DNA of 64,000 nt from Bacteroidota bacterium (GTDB lineage: Bacteria > Bacteroidota > Bacteroidia > UKL13-3), in contig CANGVA010000002.1 of the NCBI GenBank assembly GCA_947457395.1, forward strand, positions 81,234-145,233. The letters are read 5' to 3'. Under the pieces are notes generated by a model, which worked only from the letters and a program-made list of their open reading frames with translations, was not told the DNA's origin and did no database searches. Numbering within the stretch: the first letter of the stretch is position 1; each line of letters starts with the position of its first letter. Below, piece after piece: positions 9,747 through 18,629 of this stretch. The position numbers and the translations under genes were made by a program.

Positions 9747-10514
9747 TCATACGCCAAATATTTTTATAGAGTTCTCTGTTGTCACTGCTGCAACTTTTTC
9801 TACGGATACATTTTTTATTTCAGCAAGTTTTTCAGCAACATATAATAAATAGCTGCTTTCATTTCTTTTTCCCCTGTGGGGCACTGGTGCAAGATAAGGG
9901 GAATCTGTTTCGAGTACTAGGTGCTCCAAATCAATTTTTGCTATTGCATCAGGCAGGCTTGACTTGTTATATGTAAGCACACCACCAATTCCCAGATAGA
10001 AGCCAAGGGATATAATTTCATCCGCCTCTGCCGCAGTTCCACTAAAGCAATGAAAAATACCACGTAATTTATGGTGATTTATTTCTTTGATGATAGAAAT
10101 AATATCCGCTGTTGAATTGCGTGAATGAATAACCACAGGCAAATCGTATTGAATAGCCCACTGGCACTGTTTTTTAAACGCACTGATTTGTTGCTCCTTA
10201 AACTCGACTGACCAATAATAATCCAGCCCGATTTCTCCAACTGCATAAAACTTTCTTTTCTTAAACCATTTTTGAATTTGGAACAAGTGTGCTTCTACGT
10301 GCTCATCTACAGAGCAGGGATGTAAGCCCATCATAGGGAAACAATGCTCAGGAAACTCCCACACCAAATCCAGCATGGGTTGTATGCTGTGCGCATCAAT
10401 ATTAGGTAAAAACAACCTGCGTACACGTGCATCCAAAGTGCGGTGAATCATTTGCATGCGGTCTGCATGAAACTGTTCAGAATATAAATGCGTATGAGTA
10501 TCGGTAAAAATCAT
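9747..10514 (-). CDS. tatD: TatD family metal-dependent hydrolase/DNase
   Basis: MIFTDTHTHLY N-terminal HxH motif and TIM-barrel hydrolase conservation. Confidence 0.8.
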   Translation of the reverse strand: MIFTDTHTHLYSEQFHADRMQMIHRTLDARVRRLFLPNIDAHSIQPMLDLVWEFPEHCFPMMGLHPCSVDEHVEAHLFQIQKWFKKRKFYAVGEIGLDYYWSVEFKEQQISAFKKQCQWAIQYDLPVVIHSRNSTADIISIIKEINHHKLRGIFHCFSGTAAEADEIISLGFYLGIGGVLTYNKSSLPDAIAKIDLEHLVLETDSPYLAPVPHRGKRNESSYLLYVAEKLAEIKNVSVEKVAAVTTENSIKIFGV

Positions 10515-10541
10515 GTTGCGCGAATATAAAGCAACTTGCTA

Positions 10542-11012
10542 TTAGAACAAGGTATACATTAACTCATCCAGCCTGATTCCAAACCAAGCATAAATGCCAT
10601 ATAGCAAAGTACCCCAAAGCACAAAGGCTGCAAACATATAAACTTTGATGCGCCACTTATTCTTCTCTATCATGCTGGCCAGAATAGTACCAACGGGAAC
10701 TGAAAGAAATACAGGAGTTAATGCCACTATTCCATAAATTTCATATTTATTAATAAAATTAACCAACCAACGCATCCGACTATTTATTTTAATACCATGC
10801 CTTGGTTTAGATGGATAAAATCTGTTCTTCAGCTTCACAATTAATTCCCATAAATAAAGATAAATAAGCACTCCTAAGAAACCGCCCGATGTGGTAGTAA
10901 GTATTGACTCAACATAGTTAAAGCCAAATCCCAGCGCCATAAAAAATCCCAGCATGAATTTAAAACTACTCCATAGCCCAACGGTAAACAATTTTATAAC
11001 TTCAGGTGTCAT
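10542..11012 (-). CDS. Small integral membrane protein of unknown function
   Basis: Four predicted TM helices. No recognisable family. Confidence 0.4.
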   Translation of the reverse strand: MTPEVIKLFTVGLWSSFKFMLGFFMALGFGFNYVESILTTTSGGFLGVLIYLYLWELIVKLKNRFYPSKPRHGIKINSRMRWLVNFINKYEIYGIVALTPVFLSVPVGTILASMIEKNKWRIKVYMFAAFVLWGTLLYGIYAWFGIRLDELMYTLF

Positions 11013-11095
11013 TTAAGAGGGTAAAGTTAATATGCTAGTTTGTAAACATAGTAAAATGTAGCGGATAATTTAACCAAACGTATTATCTTGCCTAT

Positions 11096-12223
11096 GTGAT
11101 AAAAAGAATACTGCTACTCCAGATATTTGGCTTGCTGTTAACTGTTCATAAACTACGGGCGCAGGTACAAAATACAGGTATGACAGACCGTCCAGACAGT
11201 GCTGAAATGGGCAAACTGACCATTTCCGGGTATGTAGATGTGTATTACGGTTTTGATTTTAACCAGCCCCAATCGCATGAGCGGGCGTATGCAGTTTCGT
11301 CATCCCGACACAATGAACTCAATATAAATCTTGCTTTCATGGATATCAGATATCAAGGAGATCGTGTAAGGGGTCGTTTTATTCCGGGTATTGGAACTTA
11401 CATCAACTCCAATTATGCCAATGAGCAAGGCACACTTAAAAATCTGGTTGAAGCCTATGCAGGAATTAAACTGACTAAAAATAAAAATATCTGGTTGGAT
11501 GCAGGAGTACTTGGCTCTCCTTTCACCTACGAATCAGCTATCTCAAAAGATCATCTCATGTATTCCCGATCGCTGGCAGCAGAGTATGCACCTTATTATC
11601 TTACCGGCCTACGATTGTCCGTACCAATTAATCATAAAATAACTGCCTATATCTATGTACTCAACGGATGGCAACAAATTAATGATGCAAATAATGAGCC
11701 TTCACTGGGCACACAAGTAGAATATAAAATAAATAATAACTGGCTGGTAAACTGGAATAATTATATTGGTTCTGAACGCTCTGTGGAGCAACCTTTAAAC
11801 CACATGCGATACTTTACTGATTTTTATGTGATTTATAGTCCTGCAAAAAAATTTGGCTTTACCTCCGGTGCTTATATTGGGCTGCAACAAAGAAAGAACC
11901 TGAACAATAATTCACAGAAAAACAATGTATGGGGGCAGGCTAATTTTACTGCACGTTACCAGCTAACCAAGCAAACCATGTTATCGGCAAGAGCAGAGTA
12001 TATGGAAGATATGAACGAAGTGGTATTTGTACCTATAAACACAACCAACAGTTTTAAAACCTATGGCGGCAGCCTGTGCATAACACATAAGGTTTCCGGG
12101 CATGCCATGTTGCGCTTAGAGGGGAGGAATTTCGTTTCGCCTAAAAAAGTATTTGTAAATAGTGAGCAACAACCAACCCGAAGATCAGAGATGGTTGTGG
12201 CGAATATGACCGTATGGTTTTAA
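11096..12223 (+). CDS. Putative outer-membrane beta-barrel protein/porin
   Basis: An N-terminal signal peptide (LLLQIFGLLLTVHKLRAQ), alternating amphipathic beta-strands and a C-terminal aromatic residue (…MTVWF). Confidence 0.45.
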   Translation: MIKRILLLQIFGLLLTVHKLRAQVQNTGMTDRPDSAEMGKLTISGYVDVYYGFDFNQPQSHERAYAVSSSRHNELNINLAFMDIRYQGDRVRGRFIPGIGTYINSNYANEQGTLKNLVEAYAGIKLTKNKNIWLDAGVLGSPFTYESAISKDHLMYSRSLAAEYAPYYLTGLRLSVPINHKITAYIYVLNGWQQINDANNEPSLGTQVEYKINNNWLVNWNNYIGSERSVEQPLNHMRYFTDFYVIYSPAKKFGFTSGAYIGLQQRKNLNNNSQKNNVWGQANFTARYQLTKQTMLSARAEYMEDMNEVVFVPINTTNSFKTYGGSLCITHKVSGHAMLRLEGRNFVSPKKVFVNSEQQPTRRSEMVVANMTVWF

Positions 12224-12248
12224 AACCTTATTAAGCAAACCGCTCCTG

Positions 12249-13394
12249 CTATTCCTCAGCCATCACATCTTTTTTCATCTCCCCGTCAACCAGTAAACTA
12301 CCTTTACATACCACATGTGTTCCTTCTTTCAATTGTTCAGTTGGTTCAATAAATACTATCTGATCATTACCGCCTTTTACAACAATATCAGCCCTCATAA
12401 AAGTATTATTTGCTTGCTTTATATAAACATACTGGTCTGTACCTTCTCTTATAATAGCGGTCGTTGGAATGGTAAGCTGTTTGCTCTTTGTGCCATTAAA
12501 TGTTGCCTTCAGCGTCATGTCCGGAAGTACATTACCTTTTGGTGTAATAAATACTGCATGCACAACCACGGTTCGTTTTACAGGATCAATACCTCTACCA
12601 ATAAATTCAACTTTACCTTTTGTTTTGGGTAAAGATTGATTCACAAATTCAATATCCACTACCTGCTCTTCAAATACCTGATCAATTTCTTTTTCATACA
12701 CAAAAATATCAGCATGTAGTTTGTCCAGACTAATAATATGAGCCAACTCTGTTGTTGCCGTTGCGCTCATACCAATAGTTGAAGGCAGCGTGAGCAGGTA
12801 TCCGCTAATAGGTGCATAAATTTCCAAGTAAGGGGAAATTTCGCCTTCATCGGCTAGCTTTTTCATGTCCATGTTGAGCATTCGTAAGTTTGCCTCTGCC
12901 GCTCGCATACGGGCTTGTAAACTTTGATGCTTGGTTTTAATTAATTGAAAATCCTTTTCACCAATTACATTTTCTGCCCGCAGTTTTTTCTGACGCTCAA
13001 AATCAGCTTTTATAAAATCAAGTTCGCTGCGGGTCGTTAAAAATGTTTCTTGCAGCTGAATAAATTCATTACTGCTAATGGTGAGCAGTAATTGACCCTT
13101 TTGTATTTTTTGTCCTTCCAGCACCATGATTTTTTCAACGGTTCCATTGATGCGCGGAGTAACGGATGATTGGTATTGGGAGAGGATTACAACTTTTCCA
13201 GGAGAACTTATTGTGGTATTAACCTCATTCATTTTCACCGGGCAACTTTCAATTCCCAGTAATTGTAAACGATTCTCTTCAATGGTAATTTGTGGTGCAA
13301 CAGAATCTGTTTGATTCGTCTTAACAGGCTTTTCAGCATTATTACAGGCCGCCAAAAAGATGATGATGGTTGCTATATAAATTATATTTTTCAT
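12249..13394 (-). CDS. czcB: Heavy-metal RND efflux periplasmic adaptor subunit (CzcB/CusB-like membrane fusion protein)
   Basis: Lipoprotein-like N-terminus (IFLAACNN) and HlyD-family barrel-sandwich/coiled-coil organisation. It overlaps the upstream czcA fusion by 4 bp. Confidence 0.75.
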   Translation of the reverse strand: MKNIIYIATIIIFLAACNNAEKPVKTNQTDSVAPQITIEENRLQLLGIESCPVKMNEVNTTISSPGKVVILSQYQSSVTPRINGTVEKIMVLEGQKIQKGQLLLTISSNEFIQLQETFLTTRSELDFIKADFERQKKLRAENVIGEKDFQLIKTKHQSLQARMRAAEANLRMLNMDMKKLADEGEISPYLEIYAPISGYLLTLPSTIGMSATATTELAHIISLDKLHADIFVYEKEIDQVFEEQVVDIEFVNQSLPKTKGKVEFIGRGIDPVKRTVVVHAVFITPKGNVLPDMTLKATFNGTKSKQLTIPTTAIIREGTDQYVYIKQANNTFMRADIVVKGGNDQIVFIEPTEQLKEGTHVVCKGSLLVDGEMKKDVMAEE

Positions 13395-16300
13395 TTTACT
13401 ATTGCTTTTAAAAATTCTAATTGATAAACGGACTGGTTATAGTTTTTAAGTGCATCCAGATAGGCCAGTCTTATTCTGCCAGCACGCTCCATTCCGGTTG
13501 CATATGCAGCAAACCCGATTTCGCCTCCTGCCAGACTTTTAACTGCTGTGCGTCTTAACTCATCTGATTGCTTAAGACCGACTGTTTCATAATACAATAA
13601 AGTTTTTTCCGCAGCCTGCAATTCATTTAATGCCTGATCCAACTCTGCACGTTGCTTCATCAATAAATAATCTCTTTCAAAACGATTCTTCTCCAATCTT
13701 GCTTTGGTTTCCTTTATTTTACCTGTATAGCCCCAGAAAAAAACCGGTACGCGCACACCAAACTGCCAACGGTAAGTATCAGGAACCTCGCCATCACCCT
13801 GATTAAAATAACCAAAGGATAAACCAGGTGCCAGGCGCCAACGCGCAGTGCTTAGCTCATATTGATTGGCTTTAATAATGGCATCCTGAATTTTTATAAC
13901 CGGGTGATTTGCATGGCTGTCGGCAGATATCAATGTGTCGGCATTTGCCTTAGATAGTTTTTGGATTGGGATACCAAATTCTTGCATTCCTGTTATGGAT
14001 TGTAGGCGCAGTCGTGCATTTTTTAGGCGTGTTTCAGCAACAATTAAATCCTGATGAACAATGGCGTATGCTGCTTCGGCATTCATCCTTTCAAGCAAAG
14101 CGATATCACCACTCTCATACCTTTTTGTAGCTGCTGCATTTACCATAGCAAACAAGCTGTCTTGCAATTGCAAATCTTGCAAACGCTCATACTCAAACAG
14201 CCAATTGCTGTAAGCTTCTTTTACAGCTCTTACAAGCATTATTTCAGATAGCCTTTGTTGTATTTCAGCAGCCTGCACAAACGCACCTGCTACTTTTATT
14301 TGTTTGGCATAAACAACAGGGAAATCTATTGTTTGAAGAACAGATGGGCGATAGTCCTTGCCTGTTGGAGACTGTATCAATACATCTAATGCCGGGGGAT
14401 TAAATGCGCCTGCTCTATAGCCCTTTTGCTCTTCTATAAATTTAGCTGCAGCCTTCATAGATGGATGGTATTTGAGTGCTTGCTGTACACAAACCTCCAT
14501 GGTTGGACCATCATTTTGTGCCTGCATGGAAAAGGGTAGCACCAGTGCAGCCAGCCATAAATATGATGCAGGCCTTACATAGCTTTTCTTATGATGGGTA
14601 ATGTAATAAAGCACAGGCAACACCAGCAAGGTTAATAAAGTAGAAGTAATTAGGCCTCCAACAACAACTGTTGCCAGCGGCTTTTGCACTTCGGCACCGG
14701 CACCATGAGATAAGGCCATTGGTAAAAAACCCAGTGAGGCTACAAGGGCGGTCATAATAACCGGTCGAAAACGTTCATCCAGCGCCTTGTGTATGCGTGC
14801 AAGTACATCATCATAACCTTCTTTTTGTAGTTGATTTAAATAACCAATAAGCACAATTCCATTCAGCACCGCAACTCCAAAAAGTGCAATAAATCCCACA
14901 CCGGCCGAAATACTAAAAGGCATATCACGCAGCCACAGCGAAACCACTCCTCCTACTGCTGCCAGCGGAATAGCTGAGAAAATAAGTAAACATTGTTTGA
15001 ATGAATGGAAGCTCAGGTATAGTAAAAAGAAAATAACCAATAGCGCAATGGGTAACACAATGCTAAGTCTTTTACTTGCATGCGCCAGGTTTTCAAACTG
15101 ACCCCCATAATGTAAACTATAGCCGGCTGGTAATTGTACCTGTGTAGTTACCTTACGTTGTAATTCATGTACAATACCCGCTACATCTCTTCCCCGTGCA
15201 TTAAAACCTATATTTATTCTACGCTTGGTATTATCTCTTGCAATTTCAGTCGGCCCATTTTTAATTGCTATGGTTGCTACCTCTTTAAGTGGTATTTGCT
15301 CACCACTCTGTGTAATAATCATTAAATCATTCAGGCTCTCTATTCTGCTACGATAAGGCTCCGCAAAACGCACAACTAAATCAAACCTGCGATCTTCTTC
15401 AAATATCACTCCTGCTTTTTTACCTGCATATGAAGTTTGAATAACATCATTAACCTGCTGCACGGTAATACCATAATTGGCTAGTTGAGGCCTGTTATAT
15501 TCAATCTGTATTTGCGGTAAGCCTTCAACCTTCTGCACCTGCACATCTCCTGTACCATCAATTCGCAATGCAATTGCAGCAATTTCATCTGCCTTTTTTG
15601 TAAGGGTAGATAAATCATTGCCATACAGTTTAACCACCACATCGGTTTTAGCAGATGTCATCAATTCATTAAACCGCATTTGTATTGGCTGTTGTAGCGA
15701 AAACATAACTCCCGGAAACTGACTTAAGGCATTAGCCAGCAGCATATCTAATTCTTCCTTATTAGATGCCCGCTTCCATTCATCCCTATCTTTTAGTACC
15801 ACAATTACATCCATAGCCTCTAGCGGCATGGGGTCTGTTGGTATCTCTGATGTGCCAATTTTAGACACACATTTCTTTATTTCATTCGGAAAACTGTCAA
15901 GTAGCAGCTTTTCAACCTGCTTTGCAACTGCAAGAGATTGTGTTAGTGAAACGCCTGGAAGCATTCTTGTTTCTATTGCATAGTCACCTTCATTTAATTC
16001 GGGTATAAACTCCCCTCCCAGCTGCGTAAACAATAACCATGCACCGGTTAAAAGAACAAGCGAAGAAATCATTACTATTCGGGTATGCTGCAAAACCCAG
16101 TTCAAAGCAGGATGATAGATTGTTTTTAATCGATGTATGATACGATCTGCAAAGGTTTCTTTCTCCTGTATGTTTCTGCTAAGCACCCATGCACTCATCA
16201 TGGGTACATAGGTTAAGCATAAAATAAAAGCTCCTGCTATGGCAAAAATAACAGTAAGGGCCATGGGCTTAAACATTTTTCCCTCAATGCCTGCAAGCGC

Positions 16301-17695
16301 CAAAATGGGTATGTAAACAATAAGGATAATAAACTGTCCGAATGAAGCACTACTCATAATTTCCCTGGCTCCGGCAAATACTGTTTGTTCAAATTGTTCT
16401 GTAGTGAGTGTGGCTTTTGTTTCCTTTACTTTTTCAGAGAGCTTGCGTACTACAATCTCAACAATAATAACAGCACCATCTACAATTAATCCAAAATCAA
16501 TTGCGCCCAAACTCATCAAATTACCGCTTACGCCAAACAATACCATCATACACAATGCAAAAAGCATTGAGAGCGGAATAACAGATGCAACAATTAAGCC
16601 TGCTCTAAAATTACCCAGCAGCAATACCAACACGAAAATTACAATGAGTCCACCTTCAATTAAGTTTTTAGAAACTGTATGAATGGCTCTTGATACCAGC
16701 GCTTCTCTGTCAAGAAACGGCTCAATGCGCACGCCTTTAGGTAAAGACTTTTGTATCTCAGCTATTTTTTCTTTCACACGTTTAATTACCTGCGAGGAGT
16801 TTTCGCCTTTAAGCATCAGTAAAATGCCCCCGGCTACTTCGCCCTTACCATTCATGCTCATGGCGCCATAACGTATGCTGCTGCCATCTTCTACAGTGGC
16901 CACATCTTTAACCAACACCGGCACGCCCTGTGCATTATGTATAACCGTTTGTTCAACATCATTTTTACCGGCTACCATTCCCAAACCGCGTATAAAAAAT
17001 ACTTTATCAGCTTTTTCAAGGTAGGCGGCACCGGTATTACTACTACTTTTTTCCAATGCAGCAAATAATTCATCCAATGTTACACCGGTTGATTTGAGTA
17101 ACTCCGGATTCACTTTCACTTCATACTGCTTAAGATAGCCACCAAAACTGCTTACATCTGCAACACCGGGCACACGGAGCAATTCCCTTCGTACATTCCA
17201 ATCCTGAAGCGTGCGCAAATCCATGAGATTATATTTGTTTTCAAAACCGGGATCAACACTGAGTGTGTATTGAAATATTTCACTGAGGCCCGTGCTTACC
17301 GGTGCCAATGAGGGAGACCCCATTCCTGAAGGAATTAGTTCCTTTGCATCTGTTAAACGCTCTGATACCTGTGCACGTGCCCAATACACATCCACATCAT
17401 CATTAAACACGAGTGTGATAACAGACAATCCGAATCGTGAGATAGAACGTGTCTCAACCAAGCCCTGTATATTGGCTGTAGCCAACTCAAGCGGTGCAGT
17501 GATGTATTGTTCTATTTCAAGCGGTGCCAGGTTTGGACTTTGTGTAATTACCTGCACCTGATTATTGGTTATATCCGGAACAGCATCAATAGGTAAACGT
17601 GTAAGTGAGTAAATACCGGAGCCAATTAAGGCAACTATCATTACTCCTACCAGCAACTTCTGCTTGATGCTGAACGCTATGATACGCTCAAGCAT
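13391..17695 (-). CDS. czcA: CzcA/CusA-family heavy-metal RND pump fused in-frame to a TolC/CzcC-like outer-membrane factor (1434 aa)
   Basis: Residues 1 to about 1040 are HME-RND (MLERIIAFSIKQKLLVGVMIV...AVPDITNNQVQVIT, 12 TM). The C-terminal 378 aa are a TolC-like OMF. The junction ...LPVLYYITHHKKSYVRPASYLWLAALVLPFSMQAQNDG has no stop codon. Confidence 0.8.
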   Translation of the reverse strand: MLERIIAFSIKQKLLVGVMIVALIGSGIYSLTRLPIDAVPDITNNQVQVITQSPNLAPLEIEQYITAPLELATANIQGLVETRSISRFGLSVITLVFNDDVDVYWARAQVSERLTDAKELIPSGMGSPSLAPVSTGLSEIFQYTLSVDPGFENKYNLMDLRTLQDWNVRRELLRVPGVADVSSFGGYLKQYEVKVNPELLKSTGVTLDELFAALEKSSSNTGAAYLEKADKVFFIRGLGMVAGKNDVEQTVIHNAQGVPVLVKDVATVEDGSSIRYGAMSMNGKGEVAGGILLMLKGENSSQVIKRVKEKIAEIQKSLPKGVRIEPFLDREALVSRAIHTVSKNLIEGGLIVIFVLVLLLGNFRAGLIVASVIPLSMLFALCMMVLFGVSGNLMSLGAIDFGLIVDGAVIIVEIVVRKLSEKVKETKATLTTEQFEQTVFAGAREIMSSASFGQFIILIVYIPILALAGIEGKMFKPMALTVIFAIAGAFILCLTYVPMMSAWVLSRNIQEKETFADRIIHRLKTIYHPALNWVLQHTRIVMISSLVLLTGAWLLFTQLGGEFIPELNEGDYAIETRMLPGVSLTQSLAVAKQVEKLLLDSFPNEIKKCVSKIGTSEIPTDPMPLEAMDVIVVLKDRDEWKRASNKEELDMLLANALSQFPGVMFSLQQPIQMRFNELMTSAKTDVVVKLYGNDLSTLTKKADEIAAIALRIDGTGDVQVQKVEGLPQIQIEYNRPQLANYGITVQQVNDVIQTSYAGKKAGVIFEEDRRFDLVVRFAEPYRSRIESLNDLMIITQSGEQIPLKEVATIAIKNGPTEIARDNTKRRINIGFNARGRDVAGIVHELQRKVTTQVQLPAGYSLHYGGQFENLAHASKRLSIVLPIALLVIFFLLYLSFHSFKQCLLIFSAIPLAAVGGVVSLWLRDMPFSISAGVGFIALFGVAVLNGIVLIGYLNQLQKEGYDDVLARIHKALDERFRPVIMTALVASLGFLPMALSHGAGAEVQKPLATVVVGGLITSTLLTLLVLPVLYYITHHKKSYVRPASYLWLAALVLPFSMQAQNDGPTMEVCVQQALKYHPSMKAAAKFIEEQKGYRAGAFNPPALDVLIQSPTGKDYRPSVLQTIDFPVVYAKQIKVAGAFVQAAEIQQRLSEIMLVRAVKEAYSNWLFEYERLQDLQLQDSLFAMVNAAATKRYESGDIALLERMNAEAAYAIVHQDLIVAETRLKNARLRLQSITGMQEFGIPIQKLSKANADTLISADSHANHPVIKIQDAIIKANQYELSTARWRLAPGLSFGYFNQGDGEVPDTYRWQFGVRVPVFFWGYTGKIKETKARLEKNRFERDYLLMKQRAELDQALNELQAAEKTLLYYETVGLKQSDELRRTAVKSLAGGEIGFAAYATGMERAGRIRLAYLDALKNYNQSVYQLEFLKAIVK

Positions 17696-17765
17696 AATTA
17701 AAATTTTAAATTAATGATGATAAAACAGCAGATTGAATTATCTGCAGAAAAAGTGCAAACTGGTT

Positions 17766-18227
17766 TTATGCACGCGGAGGCTGAAATATGCCTTTATCAT
17801 GCAACACATCGTAAGATTGTGGCTGATAAGGTTGAATGGCTGAGGTAATCAGCACACCTTGAGGTTCATTAAAATAAACTTCCTGATGAACAAAAAACTG
17901 ACAACCGCAATGGTGAGCAAATAAAGGAAGGTCTTCATGGTTTTCCTGATTGCGGTGTTCTGAGTTTCCATAGTGCATGAGCAGAAACTCGGCAAACGAA
18001 AGCGATTGGTTTTCCTCCTGCGTATGATGAAAATAATGCTGAACCAATACTGGAATTTTATTTAATTCCTGCAGGCTTTGCTCCGGCAATAAGCCTGCCA
18101 ACAAAAAATGTAGACCCAAAAGATATGTAAGCAATTGTTTCAAGCAATAACAAAAGTAGCTTTTACAATTGGAAAATAAAAAGAGGTGGGTGCATTCTGC
18201 TAGCAAAGGTGGTTTCAACAACCGCAA
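17766..18227 (-). CDS. Histidine-rich small protein, putative metal-binding; no in-frame ATG near the 5' end
   Basis: HH, HxxH and HHCGC clusters (HYFHHTQEENQ, HYGNSEHRNQENHED, AHHCGCQFFVHQ) and a hydrophobic signal-like stretch. It lies 70 bp upstream of czcA on the same strand. The start would have to be a TTG. Confidence 0.35.
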   Translation of the reverse strand: MRLLKPPLLAECTHLFLFSNCKSYFCYCLKQLLTYLLGLHFLLAGLLPEQSLQELNKIPVLVQHYFHHTQEENQSLSFAEFLLMHYGNSEHRNQENHEDLPLFAHHCGCQFFVHQEVYFNEPQGVLITSAIQPYQPQSYDVLHDKGIFQPPRA

Positions 18228-18287
18228 CAGCCTTCATATTCTTTTAGGTATGATAAAGATTTCCCAGAAGGGCTCAAAAGCATTTAT

Positions 18288-18626
18288 TTAACCCACCAAC
18301 ACATCCCAATATTCTGCTGCCCTGCGGGTATGCGGAATGACAATGGTGCCACCAACAATATTGGCTACAGCAAAAATTTCATACACCTGCGGTGTGCTTA
18401 CTCCCAACTCATAACACTTACCCAAATGGTATTTTATACAATCATCACAACGCAATACCATAGAGGCTACCAACCCTAGCATTTCTTTGGTAACAGCCGG
18501 CAATGCGCCATCCTCATAAGTATTGGTGTCTAAATTAAATAGTCTTTTTAATACCAGGTTATCTGCACCCATTAATCGTTCATTCATTTTTGAACGATAC
18601 GCGTTAAACTCTTCTACAGCATTCAT
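18288..18626 (-). CDS. Carboxymuconolactone decarboxylase family protein (AhpD-like)
   Basis: AhpD-core motif CDDCIKYH (CxxCxxxH). Confidence 0.7.
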   Translation of the reverse strand: MNAVEEFNAYRSKMNERLMGADNLVLKRLFNLDTNTYEDGALPAVTKEMLGLVASMVLRCDDCIKYHLGKCYELGVSTPQVYEIFAVANIVGGTIVIPHTRRAAEYWDVLVG

Positions 18627-18629
18627 GTA

